In this document: positions 50,438-63,970 of the stretch, piece by piece | Numbering within the stretch: position 1 is the first letter of the stretch | Layout: each line of letters starts with the position of its first letter | NCBI GenBank assembly: GCA_038326365.1 | Contig: JBBQJY010000002.1 | Location: 17,960 to 81,959, forward strand | Length of the DNA stretch: 64,000 nucleotides | Origin: Candidatus Curtissbacteria bacterium | GTDB taxonomy: Bacteria; Patescibacteriota; Microgenomatia; Curtissbacterales; GWA2-41-24 | Direction of reading: 5' to 3' | Made by a program: the position numbers and the translations under genes | Notes under the pieces: model-generated | What the model saw: the letters and a program-made list of their open reading frames with translations, nothing else | Database searches by the model: none | What the model was told of the DNA's origin: nothing

Positions 50438-51160
50438 ATGAAAGCGGTAATACTTGCAGCGGGAATAGGATCCAGAATAAGACCACTGACAAATGATAAA
50501 CCCAAAAGTCTCTTGTCAATAAATGGCAAAACAATTCTTCAAAGAATGCTTGAAAATATAAAGGCTGCTGGACTAACCCAAATTATCATTATTACAGGAT
50601 ATTTAGAAAACCAAATCAAAAATTTTGTTCTAAAAGAATTTCCCGATCTCGACGTTAACTTCTGTACAAATAATATCTACCACAAAACAAATACAGCCTA
50701 TTCACTGCTTTTGGCGAAAGATTTTGTAGCCAACGATGATTTTATTAAATTTGATGCAGATGTAGTTTTTGAACTTGAAATATTAAAAAGATTGGTTAAA
50801 TGTCCCAATTCAGCCTTGGCAATAGACAGAAATATAAATTTGGACGCTGAGGAAATAAAAGTGCGAGTTGAAAAAGGAAAAATAGTTGAAGTTGGAAAGA
50901 AAATCAAACCATCTTTGGCTCTTGGTGAATCAATTGGAATAGAAAAAGTGACAAACGCAGCGGCCCAGATATTTTTGGGGCAATTGGAGCTCTTGATGCA
51001 GAAGCCGGAAAACTTTAACGAGTATTATGATGATTCTTATCCCAAAATTGTGGAAGCAGGTCTTCCATTTGAAGCGGTCGATATAACCGGGCTAAAGTGG
51101 GTCGAAATTGATACATTGCAAGACTATGAACTAGCTCAAAAAACCTTTTCAAAAAATTAA
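50438..51160 (+). CDS. LicC-like cytidylyltransferase (CTP:phospho-X nucleotidyltransferase)
   Basis: 'MKAVILAAGIGSRIRPLTNDKPKSLL' and 'IIIITGYLENQIK…AYSLLLAKDF' closely parallel LicC as recalled. Confidence 0.65.
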   Translation: MKAVILAAGIGSRIRPLTNDKPKSLLSINGKTILQRMLENIKAAGLTQIIIITGYLENQIKNFVLKEFPDLDVNFCTNNIYHKTNTAYSLLLAKDFVANDDFIKFDADVVFELEILKRLVKCPNSALAIDRNINLDAEEIKVRVEKGKIVEVGKKIKPSLALGESIGIEKVTNAAAQIFLGQLELLMQKPENFNEYYDDSYPKIVEAGLPFEAVDITGLKWVEIDTLQDYELAQKTFSKN

Positions 51161-51170
51161 GCATAAGATT

Positions 51171-51800
51171 CTAAAAACTCCCCTGCAAGTTCACACTGCG
51201 CTTACGATAAATATAAAAATATGGTGCTATGCCCAAAAGATTCAAAGCAGCCGCCAGCAAAAATAACAGATCAAAACCATACCTGGTCGCAATAAAGCCC
51301 CCAAAGATTCCAGCAATTGCCATACCCGTAAAGGGCAGGGCGTCATACAAACTCCATTCAGTAGAGGCCTTGGTTTTATCAATGTGATTGGAAAAAAGGG
51401 CCAATTTACATGGTGAGGAAATTCCCAAACCGATTCCAATTAAAACGTAAGCCCCAAAAATCATCAAAAAATTAGAAGAAAAAATAAAACCAATGTAAGC
51501 AAAGGTCACTATTGTCATCCCCAAAATTATCATTGTCAGTTTCGAGACTTCGCTAATGCCATTTAAAAACTTCCCGCTCAAAAGTTCGGCTATTACTCTT
51601 GCTATTAAATACGTACTGTATGCACCTGCAACCGTTTCTACGTTTCCCCCTTTTATACGACTTATGACAAAAAGGGCAATTATTGGAAAAACAAAATTCC
51701 AGCTAGACCACAACAACGTCTCCGAAATGAGAAATGCCTTGACAATAAAATTGGATTGGAAGTGCGATGGCCGCCTGGAAAGAAAAGGTTCTCTTATCAC
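51171..51800 (-). CDS. hypothetical six-TM membrane protein
   Basis: Hydrophobicity only. Confidence 0.3.
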   Translation of the reverse strand: MIREPFLSRRPSHFQSNFIVKAFLISETLLWSSWNFVFPIIALFVISRIKGGNVETVAGAYSTYLIARVIAELLSGKFLNGISEVSKLTMIILGMTIVTFAYIGFIFSSNFLMIFGAYVLIGIGLGISSPCKLALFSNHIDKTKASTEWSLYDALPFTGMAIAGIFGGFIATRYGFDLLFLLAAALNLLGIAPYFYIYRKRSVNLQGSF

Positions 51801-51858
51801 AACTTCAGTCTATCAAAAGCCTCAACTTCTTGCCTAATTTTCAATTCTTTGTTAATAT

Positions 51859-52889
<1,031 letters not shown>

Positions 52890-52974
52890 TTAGGTAACTA
52901 GGTTACTTGGCTACTACAATCTAGGTAACCTCAAATTCCCTAGCGACCTAGAAGCCCAGTCACCTGGAGACCTA

Positions 52975-53481
52975 ATGGAAATATTAAAAAATTTCGGGGT
53001 AGAACCTACCCTACTGTTTGGTCAGATTGTAAACTTTCTGGTAATCCTTTTTTTGTTAAGGAAATTTTTCTTTGGCAAAATTATGGGAATGCTCGAAGAT
53101 AGAAAAAAGAAAATTGAAGAAAGCCTACAAAATGCCGACCTTATCGAGAAAAGACTTGCAGAAACCGAACAAAAGAGCGCACAAATTTTAGAAAACGCCC
53201 AGAAACAAGCGCAAATTTTACTCAACCAAGCAAAATCTGAAGCGCAAAACATTGCAAACCAGGCAAACCTAGACTCAAGACAAGCTATGGAAGAAACCCT
53301 AAAAGCAGCTCAAAGCCAAATCGAGGCGCAAAAAGAGCAGATGCAAAAAGAAATTCAAGCAGAAACCTTATCTTTAGTGTCTGTCATCGTTCAAAAAGTG
53401 CTGGGCAGAACCCTTAAGGGTTCTGAAAAACAAATTCTCACTCAACAGGCAATTGGCGAAATTACCAGAAAAGTATCATGA
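52975..53481 (+). CDS. atpF: F0F1 ATP synthase subunit b
   Basis: An N-terminal TM helix is followed by a long charged coiled coil, and the gene sits in operon position. Confidence 0.65.
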   Translation: MEILKNFGVEPTLLFGQIVNFLVILFLLRKFFFGKIMGMLEDRKKKIEESLQNADLIEKRLAETEQKSAQILENAQKQAQILLNQAKSEAQNIANQANLDSRQAMEETLKAAQSQIEAQKEQMQKEIQAETLSLVSVIVQKVLGRTLKGSEKQILTQQAIGEITRKVS

Positions 53482-53855
53482 ACAAAAAAAATATAAATAA
53501 CATAGCAAAAACCTTATTTAAAAAAAGTATCACAGATGGTTTAGTGGACGAAAATAAAGTAAGAGTTATCTTAAAAGAATTGACTTCTATTCGCCCGGTT
53601 GGCCTGACCACAATTTTAAAAACATACAAACGACTTTTGTTAGAAAAACTTTCGTTTGAGGAAGTGATTTTGGAGACGAATGATAGAATAACTCTTCAAA
53701 AGAACTATGTGGATGAAATTAAGAAAAAAACGGGAGCAGTAAGAATTAACAATCAGACAAACCAGCAAATTGTTTTCGGAGCGAAAATCACCCATGGAGA
53801 CTGGATTTACGACGACACACTCGAAAGTAAATTAGACCAAATAGTCAAAGCTTAA
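53478..53855 (+). CDS. atpH: F0F1 ATP synthase subunit delta, short (125 aa)
   Basis: The call rests on operon position between b and alpha. The protein is shorter than the canonical delta. Confidence 0.4.
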   Translation: MNKKNINNIAKTLFKKSITDGLVDENKVRVILKELTSIRPVGLTTILKTYKRLLLEKLSFEEVILETNDRITLQKNYVDEIKKKTGAVRINNQTNQQIVFGAKITHGDWIYDDTLESKLDQIVKA

Positions 53856-53856
53856 A

Positions 53857-55422
53857 ATGACGACAATAATCGAAGAAATCGAAAAACAAATAGAAAAAGC
53901 AAAAATCGGCACGACCGCCAAGAATATCGGCACGATTTTAGAGCTCGGAGATGGAGTTGCCAGGGTTTCAGGCCTTTCGGGCGCCTCCGCTTCAGAGTTA
54001 ATCGCTTTCGAAAACAACATTTTTGGGCTTGCGCTTAATTTAGAAGAAGATTCGGTTGGAGTAGTTATCTTTGGAGATTGGACACAGCTCAAAGAAGGAG
54101 ACAAGTGCCAAACAACAGGCAAGATCTTCGAGGTGCCTGTCGGAGAAGAGTTAATTGGTCGAGTGGTTGACGCATTGGGAAATCCCCTAGACAACAAAGG
54201 TGCTGTAAAAACCAAAAAGACGTATCCAGCTGAAAAAATTGCGCCGGGAGTTATTTTTAGAAAGTCCGTTAACACCCCATTACAGACTGGCCTAAAAGCC
54301 ATCGATTCCATGATCCCCATTGGCCGTGGCCAACGAGAGCTTATTATTGGCGATCGCGGACTGGGCAAAACCGCAATTACTTTAGACACAATTATTAATC
54401 AGCGCGGTAAAGGTGTTATTTGTATCTACGTGGCAATTGGCCAGAAAACAAGCAAGATCGCACAAGTCATTTCCACTCTCGAAAAACACAAAGCCATGGA
54501 ACACACCATAATTGTCGTCGCCTCGGCTTCGGATTCTGCCACCATGCAATATGTTTCCCCTTATACGGGTTGTGCAATCGGTGAATACTTTATGGACCAA
54601 GGCAAAGATGCTCTTGTTGTTTTTGACGACCTTTCCAAGCATGCATGGGCTTACCGCCAACTCTCTCTCCTTCTGAAACGTCCCTCGGGCCGTGAAGCCT
54701 ACCCTGGAGATCTTTTTTATCTGCACTCAAGGCTACTCGAACGAGCTGCCAGAATGGACGAAAAATATGGTGGTGGATCCTTAACTGCGTTACCTATTAT
54801 CGAAACTCAAGCCGGAGACGTTTCGGCATACGTACCGACTAACGTCATTTCAATAACTGATGGCCAAATTTACCTTGAAGCCGACTTATTCAATTCTGGA
54901 GTTCGACCAGCCGTTAACCCAGGTATCTCAGTTTCGCGTGTCGGCGGGGCCGCCCAAACAAAAATGATGAAGCAAGTCGCAGGCACACTTAGGCTCGATC
55001 TTTCACAGTATAGATCTTTGGCAGCTTTTGCTCAGTTTGGAAGCGACCTTGACGAAACCACTAGACAAAGACTTGAGCGTGGTAAAAGGATCGTCGAAGT
55101 TTTGAAACAACCTCAGCTTGCACCTATGGATGTTGCTTCGCAAGTTGTAGTTCTTTGGGCAGTAACGAGTGGTCACTTCGACTCCATTCCACTGGACAAA
55201 ATAGAAGAACGAGAAGCTCGAATCCTCTCACTTTTGGAAGCGAACAAAAAACTTAAAGACTATTTAACCGACAAAAAAGTAATCGACGATTTTGCCAAAA
55301 AAGAGCTTGAGAAAATGATCTCAGGTAAGGTTACTAATGACTCCGATGAGAGTAAATCAAAAGAAGAGCCCAAAACAAAATCGGCAAAGAAACCATTAAT
55401 CAAAAAAAAGAAGAAATTTTAA
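53857..55422 (+). CDS. atpA: F0F1 ATP synthase subunit alpha
   Basis: '[19 protein letters not shown]' is present. There is a Lys-rich C-terminal extension '…[14 protein letters not shown]'. Confidence 0.9.
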   Translation: MTTIIEEIEKQIEKAKIGTTAKNIGTILELGDGVARVSGLSGASASELIAFENNIFGLALNLEEDSVGVVIFGDWTQLKEGDKCQTTGKIFEVPVGEELIGRVVDALGNPLDNKGAVKTKKTYPAEKIAPGVIFRKSVNTPLQTGLKAIDSMIPIGRGQRELIIGDRGLGKTAITLDTIINQRGKGVICIYVAIGQKTSKIAQVISTLEKHKAMEHTIIVVASASDSATMQYVSPYTGCAIGEYFMDQGKDALVVFDDLSKHAWAYRQLSLLLKRPSGREAYPGDLFYLHSRLLERAARMDEKYGGGSLTALPIIETQAGDVSAYVPTNVISITDGQIYLEADLFNSGVRPAVNPGISVSRVGGAAQTKMMKQVAGTLRLDLSQYRSLAAFAQFGSDLDETTRQRLERGKRIVEVLKQPQLAPMDVASQVVVLWAVTSGHFDSIPLDKIEEREARILSLLEANKKLKDYLTDKKVIDDFAKKELEKMISGKVTNDSDESKSKEEPKTKSAKKPLIKKKKKF

Positions 55423-55428
55423 CAAAAA

Positions 55429-58065
<2,637 letters not shown>

Positions 58066-58611
58066 TTGAATAAACCCATCCGAATGGCCTATCGCTCCAT
58101 AACTTTATCTGGTCCAGTTGCCTCAGGTACCACCACAGCTGCCAAAAACCTTGCCCAAAAGCTAGGGCTTGAACTTCACATAGCCGGTGATTTTTTTCGC
58201 GACTATATGATAAAACACAATATTCCCCTGCCCAACAAAGAAGAAATTCCAGATGATATTGACAGAAAAGTCGACAAAGAATTAACCGATACTTTAGCCT
58301 CTGAAAAAAGCGTCGTTGTCGATGGACTCTATTACGGATATTTCGCCAAGAATATGCCTTTCGTTTTAAAGGTCCTGTTAACAGCAGACGAGAACGAAAG
58401 GATCGCCAGAGCCTTAAGGCGAATTTCCACCCACAAAGAAACCGCCAACGACGTCAAAAAACGTGACCAAGCGCACGATATTAAGTTTAGAAAACTTTAT
58501 GCAGACGAAAACTTTATGGACCCTAAATTTTTTGACTTAATAATCGATACAACTAATACAACAGAAGACGAAGTTGCCGCAAAAATAATTGAGAAATTTA
58601 ATTCAAACTAA
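58066..58611 (+). CDS. cytidylate-kinase-like P-loop NMP kinase
   Basis: 'ITLSGPVASGTTTAAKNLAQKLGL…AGDFFR' follows the CMP kinase N-terminal pattern. It is short (181 aa). Confidence 0.45.
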   Translation: MNKPIRMAYRSITLSGPVASGTTTAAKNLAQKLGLELHIAGDFFRDYMIKHNIPLPNKEEIPDDIDRKVDKELTDTLASEKSVVVDGLYYGYFAKNMPFVLKVLLTADENERIARALRRISTHKETANDVKKRDQAHDIKFRKLYADENFMDPKFFDLIIDTTNTTEDEVAAKIIEKFNSN

Positions 58612-59391
58612 AATCCGTGATGCTAGACCAAACTTCATATTCAGCGCTTTGATAAAGTGGTGCTGCGACAAATATCCAAATTTAACTCTCTCTTTTGCTT
58701 TAAATATTTGAACAGTTTGGCCTGGCATTACTTTAGTGTGTTCCTGCCCGTCGATAATTACTGAGACTTCGTCACCTCTAACTACCTCAATTCCAATTTC
58801 ATCATTTGCCGAAATGACAGCAGATGGAATCGGCAAACCAATGGGACTCACAGGCGTAATCGAAAAAGAATCCAGTTCTGGATCCACGATAGGACCCCCA
58901 GAGGACAAAGAATAAGCAGTCGAGCCAGTTTGTGTTGCCACAATTACACCGTCACCAAGAATTTTTAAAAACTCTTCACCATTTACATGTACTTTTAACT
59001 CAACCACACGATATAAGCCTTTGATTACAGCTTCATTTACACCTCGAAACAGCTTTCCCTCTACTTTGGCATTCAGGAACATACGCTCGGACACAAAAAT
59101 CTTTCCTTCGATTATTGCGTCAACTGCTATTTGCCAATCAACTGCCTCAACAGAAGTTAAAAACCCTAAATTGCCGGTATTGATTCCAACAAAAGTCGCG
59201 CTAAGGTCTGCAAACTCGCAAGCCTTGTGGATAAGCGTTCCATCTCCTCCAAAAGAAAGGACAAAATCAGCGCCCCCCAAATTCTCACCCATCAGTATCT
59301 CAACGTTTTTGTTCTCGAGATACTTTCGGACAACCTGGACCAAATCCTCAGCTTTTTTCATCCCTTCTTTATATACAATTCCAACCTTCAT
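58603..59391 (-). CDS. nadK: NAD(+) kinase
   Basis: 'VLSFGGDGTLIHKA' (GGDGT) and 'NDEIGIEV…G' are present. Confidence 0.8.
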   Translation of the reverse strand: MKVGIVYKEGMKKAEDLVQVVRKYLENKNVEILMGENLGGADFVLSFGGDGTLIHKACEFADLSATFVGINTGNLGFLTSVEAVDWQIAVDAIIEGKIFVSERMFLNAKVEGKLFRGVNEAVIKGLYRVVELKVHVNGEEFLKILGDGVIVATQTGSTAYSLSSGGPIVDPELDSFSITPVSPIGLPIPSAVISANDEIGIEVVRGDEVSVIIDGQEHTKVMPGQTVQIFKAKERVKFGYLSQHHFIKALNMKFGLASRILV

Positions 59392-60236
59392 TGGGTTTCC
59401 TCACCCTCCCCGCTCGAAACTCTCATAACAACTGCGGTAATATCATCTAATTTTGACCTATACAGGCCCCTCATCGATTTGGTTTTTGCTCTATCCACTA
59501 GATTTTGTGCAATATCTCCTCGAGCTTGAAGAATTTCATGAATTTCGTCACTAGTTAAATTATCATTGACACCGTCTGTAGTGAATAAAAAAATATCTTC
59601 ATTTCGCAAATCACAAACGTATGGATTAATTCCGGGAGCTTCTCTCGAACCTATAGACGAAGTAATAATATTTCTATCTTTAAACTTCAACAACTCTTCC
59701 ATTGTAAGCTCGTCAGCGCTTTCTACCGAATCAAACTTTGCGGTTAAACTACGGTCGAATATATTGTCGTCCTCAGTTATTCTTTTAAACTTGCCACCCC
59801 TCAAAAGATAAGCTCTCGAGTCTCCAACATTTGCAATAAATATGTTTTTTTTACCATCTTTTTCAAAAGTTCTGCCAATTACCACAGTAGTCCTTCCCTC
59901 ATCAAGAGACTCAAGTATTTTAGTATTTGCCCGTTGAACAGCTTGATACACTTTCTCCTCGACAGCGCTGTAACCCAAAACGTCTTTTCCGATTAGAGAA
60001 GTTGTCAAAGAATCAAGCGCAACCCGACTTGCTTCCGCACCTCCCTTTAAACCCCCTACACCGTCTAGTACCGCCACCCAACCATCCCCGAATCCAAAAG
60101 CATCCTCGTTTTTATCAGGATGATCAATACTCGCCTCAGTAGCGCTCGAAAATTTTAAATGGATTTCAGGCTTAGGTGCTGCTTCTTTAGAAGTTGAGCT
60201 AAGCTTTTCATCAGCTTCTTGTTTTTTCCAAAACAT
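59388..60236 (-). CDS. PP2C-family Ser/Thr protein phosphatase
   Basis: 'DAFGFGDGWVAVLDGVGGLKGGAEAS' and 'LFTTDGVNDNL' match the PP2C family. Confidence 0.75.
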   Translation of the reverse strand: MFWKKQEADEKLSSTSKEAAPKPEIHLKFSSATEASIDHPDKNEDAFGFGDGWVAVLDGVGGLKGGAEASRVALDSLTTSLIGKDVLGYSAVEEKVYQAVQRANTKILESLDEGRTTVVIGRTFEKDGKKNIFIANVGDSRAYLLRGGKFKRITEDDNIFDRSLTAKFDSVESADELTMEELLKFKDRNIITSSIGSREAPGINPYVCDLRNEDIFLFTTDGVNDNLTSDEIHEILQARGDIAQNLVDRAKTKSMRGLYRSKLDDITAVVMRVSSGEGEETQ

Positions 60237-60335
60237 AATCAGTCCTTATCTGAATTTTAACATTATGCTAAAATTAGGCACAGATTGGGTCGGTAGCTCA
60301 ACCCTTAGAGCGCCACTCTTGAATTGCCGAATGTT

Positions 60336-60411
60336 GGGCGCATAGCTCAGCGGTTAGAGCATCACTCTTATAAGGTGAGGGTCCTTGGTTCAAATCCAAG
60401 TGCGCCCACCA
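60336..60411 (+). tRNA. tRNA-Ile with anticodon TAT (UAU), CCA encoded
   Basis: 'GGGCGCATAGCTCAGCGGTTAGAGCA-TCACT-CTTATAA-GGTGA-GGGTC-CTTGGTTCAAATCCAAG-TGCGCCC-A-CCA' folds with the anticodon stem paired and the loop 'CTTATAA' giving TAT. Confidence 0.8.
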
Positions 60412-60697
60412 TTCGGCTATATATCAGGAGCTTCATTGCAGCTGGCTAATAAGAGGCGGATGTCCCTTGTTCGCTTTTTCCCGGAGAAACAAATTTATCC
60501 AACATGGCCCACAAAGTATTTCCTACAAAACTTTATTGGGCACGAAGAAAACCCTCTGATATGATTAACCCATGCCAGAATTTGATGATGTACAAAGTGA
60601 TCACACAAATCCACTCAAGGGGTCAAAAGAAGATCCCAGCGTAAATCCCTATGCAAAAGCTCGTAAATCAAACAACTAAGTTCACAGCTCTTAATAA

Positions 60698-61036
60698 TTA
60701 AAACCTTGGGTAACAGTCCGTATTTGCTATTGCCTGGATATCTCCTTCGGACTTCCAACAATACCCATTTAAATACAAGCTAGAATTTTCCCCAGTAGTT
60801 GATACATTGTAAGTATATTCCGCCCAATTAATATTTTTTACCTCTCCCCTTTTCATAACCTGGTCTAAACTTGTAGGGAAACGTCCGTCTTCAATCTGGT
60901 AAATTGTCAAAAAGTGGCCTACTTGAACAAGATTATATCTTGTGAGCACATCTTTGGCTTGGCTCTCGACATAAGCACCACCGCCTAAGGTTCCAGCAAT
61001 TACTATGGCAGCAATAATTGGAGTTAGAAAACCCAT
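60698..61036 (-). CDS. small secreted/anchored protein with pseudopilin (GspG)-like core
   Basis: An N-terminal hydrophobic segment is followed by 'LTIYQIEDGRFPTSLDQVMKRGEV', which resembles GspG '…YKLDNSRYPTTEQGL…'. There is no canonical GFTLxE leader. Confidence 0.3.
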   Translation of the reverse strand: MGFLTPIIAAIVIAGTLGGGAYVESQAKDVLTRYNLVQVGHFLTIYQIEDGRFPTSLDQVMKRGEVKNINWAEYTYNVSTTGENSSLYLNGYCWKSEGDIQAIANTDCYPRF

Positions 61037-61064
61037 TTAATCTCTAAAAGTGGCAGTTGGGAAA

Positions 61065-63431
61065 CTAGAGGCGAGCTCTGTGGACAATCTCCGCGTCGAC
61101 AACATTAACATCTCGGCCATACCTAAGTCTAGATAGCTGTTTAATCATCTCTGCAATTCTTGGGTCTTTATCGACTTTGGCCAAATCTCGAGTAGTGTCC
61201 AGGGAAAACGGCGGTACAGGCTCATTATGAACAATTGTTTTGGCGTAAGCATGAAATCGCTCAACATTTATTAAATCTGTCTCATTAAAAATCGGTGTAA
61301 ATTCATGCTGTAAATAATTGGCATCTGTCACTCCAATTCTAAAGCTAACTATAGTTCCCACGTTACCGAAAATAGCATTTTTAACCTCTTCTTCGATCTG
61401 TCCTATAAACTGATTGGCAACAATTAAGTTTAAATGAAATTTTCGAGCCTCTGCCAAAATATCCGCAAAAGTTTCTGTCGCAAAGTTTTGAAATTCGTCA
61501 ACATAGAGGAAAAAATCGGGCCTCTGTTCCTCTGGCACGTCTTGCCTACTCATCGCTGCAACCAAAATTTTTGGCACTAAAATCAATCCTAAAAAATTTG
61601 AATTCTCTTCGGAAATCTTACCCTTGCTGAGATTAACCAGTAAGATTTTTCGCTGATCCATAATGTCGCGAATGTTAAAAGCACTGCCCGATTGGCCAAT
61701 TATGTTTCGCATCATTTTATCTGTTATGAAACGCCCAAATTTTGAAACGATATAATCCAATACTTCACTTTTGTGAAAGTCACTTGTCTGAGCTATCTGG
61801 TCTGTCCAATATCTGCGAACTACAGGGTCTTGTACTTTTGGCAGCATTTCCTGAACAAAGTTGGCATCTGTCAAAACTCTGACCACTTCCATAAAAGTGC
61901 TACCAGGTTCACTCATAACAGTAAGCATGGCGTTTCTGATTGCATGTTCAAACCGCGGGCCGATAATACCCGTTTTATGGGGGTCGTAAAGTTTATACAT
62001 AAGGCCAACTATATAAGTTGCTACGAAATGCTTCTCTTGCTCTGTGTTGGCCTCAAGCATATTCATACCAATCGGCCGCTCAACATCCGCTGGGTTAAAA
62101 TAAATTACATCTTCTGCCCGCTCAGGCGGAATCATGCCCAAGAGATCCTCTGCAGCATCGCCGTGAGGGTCAATAAATGCCACTCCATGACCAGCCTTAA
62201 TGTCTTGCATAATAAGATGTTTTAGAAGTTCCGTTTTCCCAGTACCAGTTTTACCGATTATGTACATATGTCTGCGTCTGTCGTCTGACCCTACAAAAAC
62301 TTCCTTTGTTGTACCCCTATAAACACTCTTTCCAAGATGTAACCCTTCAGAAAGAATTTGTGCCGGTGCCGGTGCGCGTTTAGCATTGACCCAATAAATT
62401 CCCGGAGTTTCTATAGTTTTATTCGGAAAGTGAAATATTGTCGCTAGCTCTTCAGTGTTCAAAACACCATATTTACCAAAAAGCGGCATATATCTGTAAA
62501 TAAAATCAACCAAAAATTGTTTTTTGAAGCGAATTCCCGCTCCGCTAAAACCGTTATATTCCCCATTAAACTGAGAAAACGTGCTCTTAATGTTGTCCAA
62601 ATGAAGCTTAGCCTCCGCGTCTGTTTTTGCGCTAACTACGATTCTTATAACCACTTCAAAACCAACTCTCGAGGTTTTATTTTCAATAGCCTCCATCTTT
62701 TTTGGGTCCGGCGGATGTTTATGCTCATTTTTTGGATCCATCTCCGCCTGTTTAGTCTTAGAAACATACTTTTTGCCGGAACTTCTCCAAGCGCTTTCGG
62801 CAGGCGAAACAAGTATCTGAATCACCGCTCCCTCACTAGGTGACATTTTGGCAAGCGCCGATGTGACCTGAGAAAGAGGGTCGACTGCTAAATCCTTGTA
62901 AGTTTTAAGAGGAAAATAACTCGAGGATTTTAATTTTAGAGCAGCAAAAGCGAGCTTGCCGTCTTCGGAAAAAATATTATATTCTTCAACTTCTTTTACC
63001 TCGGCACCTGCGTAAGCTCCATGAATTTGTTTTTCAACCAAATCCTGCAAACCTTTAGGACAGGAAATATAAAACTTAATTTCCTCCGGCGTTGCCACAA
63101 TTTCTAAAGAAAAATGGGGTTGTGTATTTAAAAATCCAAACGTTCCATTGCTTTTGTGAATTGAATAAAGCGAAGAAAACATCTGCTCAGCCGCGTCGAT
63201 TTTAACTTCGTTATCGCGAGGCACTGCAATCGAAAGAAGAACAAAATCCAAAGATTTTGCTTCCCTATCTTTATTCTTCATCCATATAACCCAAAGCCAA
63301 CCAACTAAAAATGCCAAACCCCCAAGAATTAATAAAAATATTAGAATTATTCCTAATGAACCAAAGATAAGTTGAAATCCAGCTAGGGGGTCAACAGTGC
63401 CCACACCCTTCCCTACTTCCTCTACTGGCAT
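61065..63431 (-). CDS. membrane-anchored VirD4/TraD/TraG-family type IV coupling-protein-like ATPase
   Basis: An N-terminal TM pair is followed by 'HMYIIGKTGTGKTELLKHLI…GHGVAFIDPHGDAAEDLL', which resembles TrwB 'ATGTGKS…IVDPNGD' as recalled. Walker B 'FLYVDEFQNF' and 'LNLIVANQFIGQI' are present. Confidence 0.55.
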   Translation of the reverse strand: MPVEEVGKGVGTVDPLAGFQLIFGSLGIILIFLLILGGLAFLVGWLWVIWMKNKDREAKSLDFVLLSIAVPRDNEVKIDAAEQMFSSLYSIHKSNGTFGFLNTQPHFSLEIVATPEEIKFYISCPKGLQDLVEKQIHGAYAGAEVKEVEEYNIFSEDGKLAFAALKLKSSSYFPLKTYKDLAVDPLSQVTSALAKMSPSEGAVIQILVSPAESAWRSSGKKYVSKTKQAEMDPKNEHKHPPDPKKMEAIENKTSRVGFEVVIRIVVSAKTDAEAKLHLDNIKSTFSQFNGEYNGFSGAGIRFKKQFLVDFIYRYMPLFGKYGVLNTEELATIFHFPNKTIETPGIYWVNAKRAPAPAQILSEGLHLGKSVYRGTTKEVFVGSDDRRRHMYIIGKTGTGKTELLKHLIMQDIKAGHGVAFIDPHGDAAEDLLGMIPPERAEDVIYFNPADVERPIGMNMLEANTEQEKHFVATYIVGLMYKLYDPHKTGIIGPRFEHAIRNAMLTVMSEPGSTFMEVVRVLTDANFVQEMLPKVQDPVVRRYWTDQIAQTSDFHKSEVLDYIVSKFGRFITDKMMRNIIGQSGSAFNIRDIMDQRKILLVNLSKGKISEENSNFLGLILVPKILVAAMSRQDVPEEQRPDFFLYVDEFQNFATETFADILAEARKFHLNLIVANQFIGQIEEEVKNAIFGNVGTIVSFRIGVTDANYLQHEFTPIFNETDLINVERFHAYAKTIVHNEPVPPFSLDTTRDLAKVDKDPRIAEMIKQLSRLRYGRDVNVVDAEIVHRARL

Positions 63432-63970
63432 TATTCTTCTCCTTCCGTATTGCTCTCTTTATTCCTAAAAACTACTTTTTTGGCATGCTTATGAGCGGCC
63501 TTAATAACTCGCCCGATGAGGGCAACTAAACCGGCAACAGACAAAACGCCAGTTACATCCTGGTCACGATCCGTACGTCCTTCTATTTTTACTATTTCTT
63601 GGGACTTGTAATCTTCCTCATTCATCGGCAAAACTAAGTCGCTACCGCGCTGAACAATTTCGCTAGCTTCTTTTTCCCGCGATTTCACTCCACTGTCGGC
63701 AACATCGGCCGGAAGATTAATATCCCCCTTAGAAAGTCTCGCTTCACTAATCGACTCCTGTACCTTTTTCTCTGCATCTAAATCGGCCTCATGACTTCTT
63801 TCAACAACTTCTTTTAAAAGTTTCTCCTCAGAAACAGACCCTTCCAACTCCTTGCCGCCACGAATCGAAATCTGCTCTTTTTTGTCAGAAATTGGAACAC
63901 TATTTACTTGATCCGAAGAATCATCCGATTGTTGGGACTTTATTTGAGCAGCCATCTTGAGTTGCCCCAA
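63431..63970 (-). CDS. acidic hypothetical protein with a C-terminal TM anchor
   Basis: The protein is Glu/Asp/Ser-rich with a single C-terminal TM helix 'VLSVAGLVALIGRVI'. It abuts the T4CP-like gene. Confidence 0.3.
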   Translation of the reverse strand: MGQLKMAAQIKSQQSDDSSDQVNSVPISDKKEQISIRGGKELEGSVSEEKLLKEVVERSHEADLDAEKKVQESISEARLSKGDINLPADVADSGVKSREKEASEIVQRGSDLVLPMNEEDYKSQEIVKIEGRTDRDQDVTGVLSVAGLVALIGRVIKAAHKHAKKVVFRNKESNTEGEE

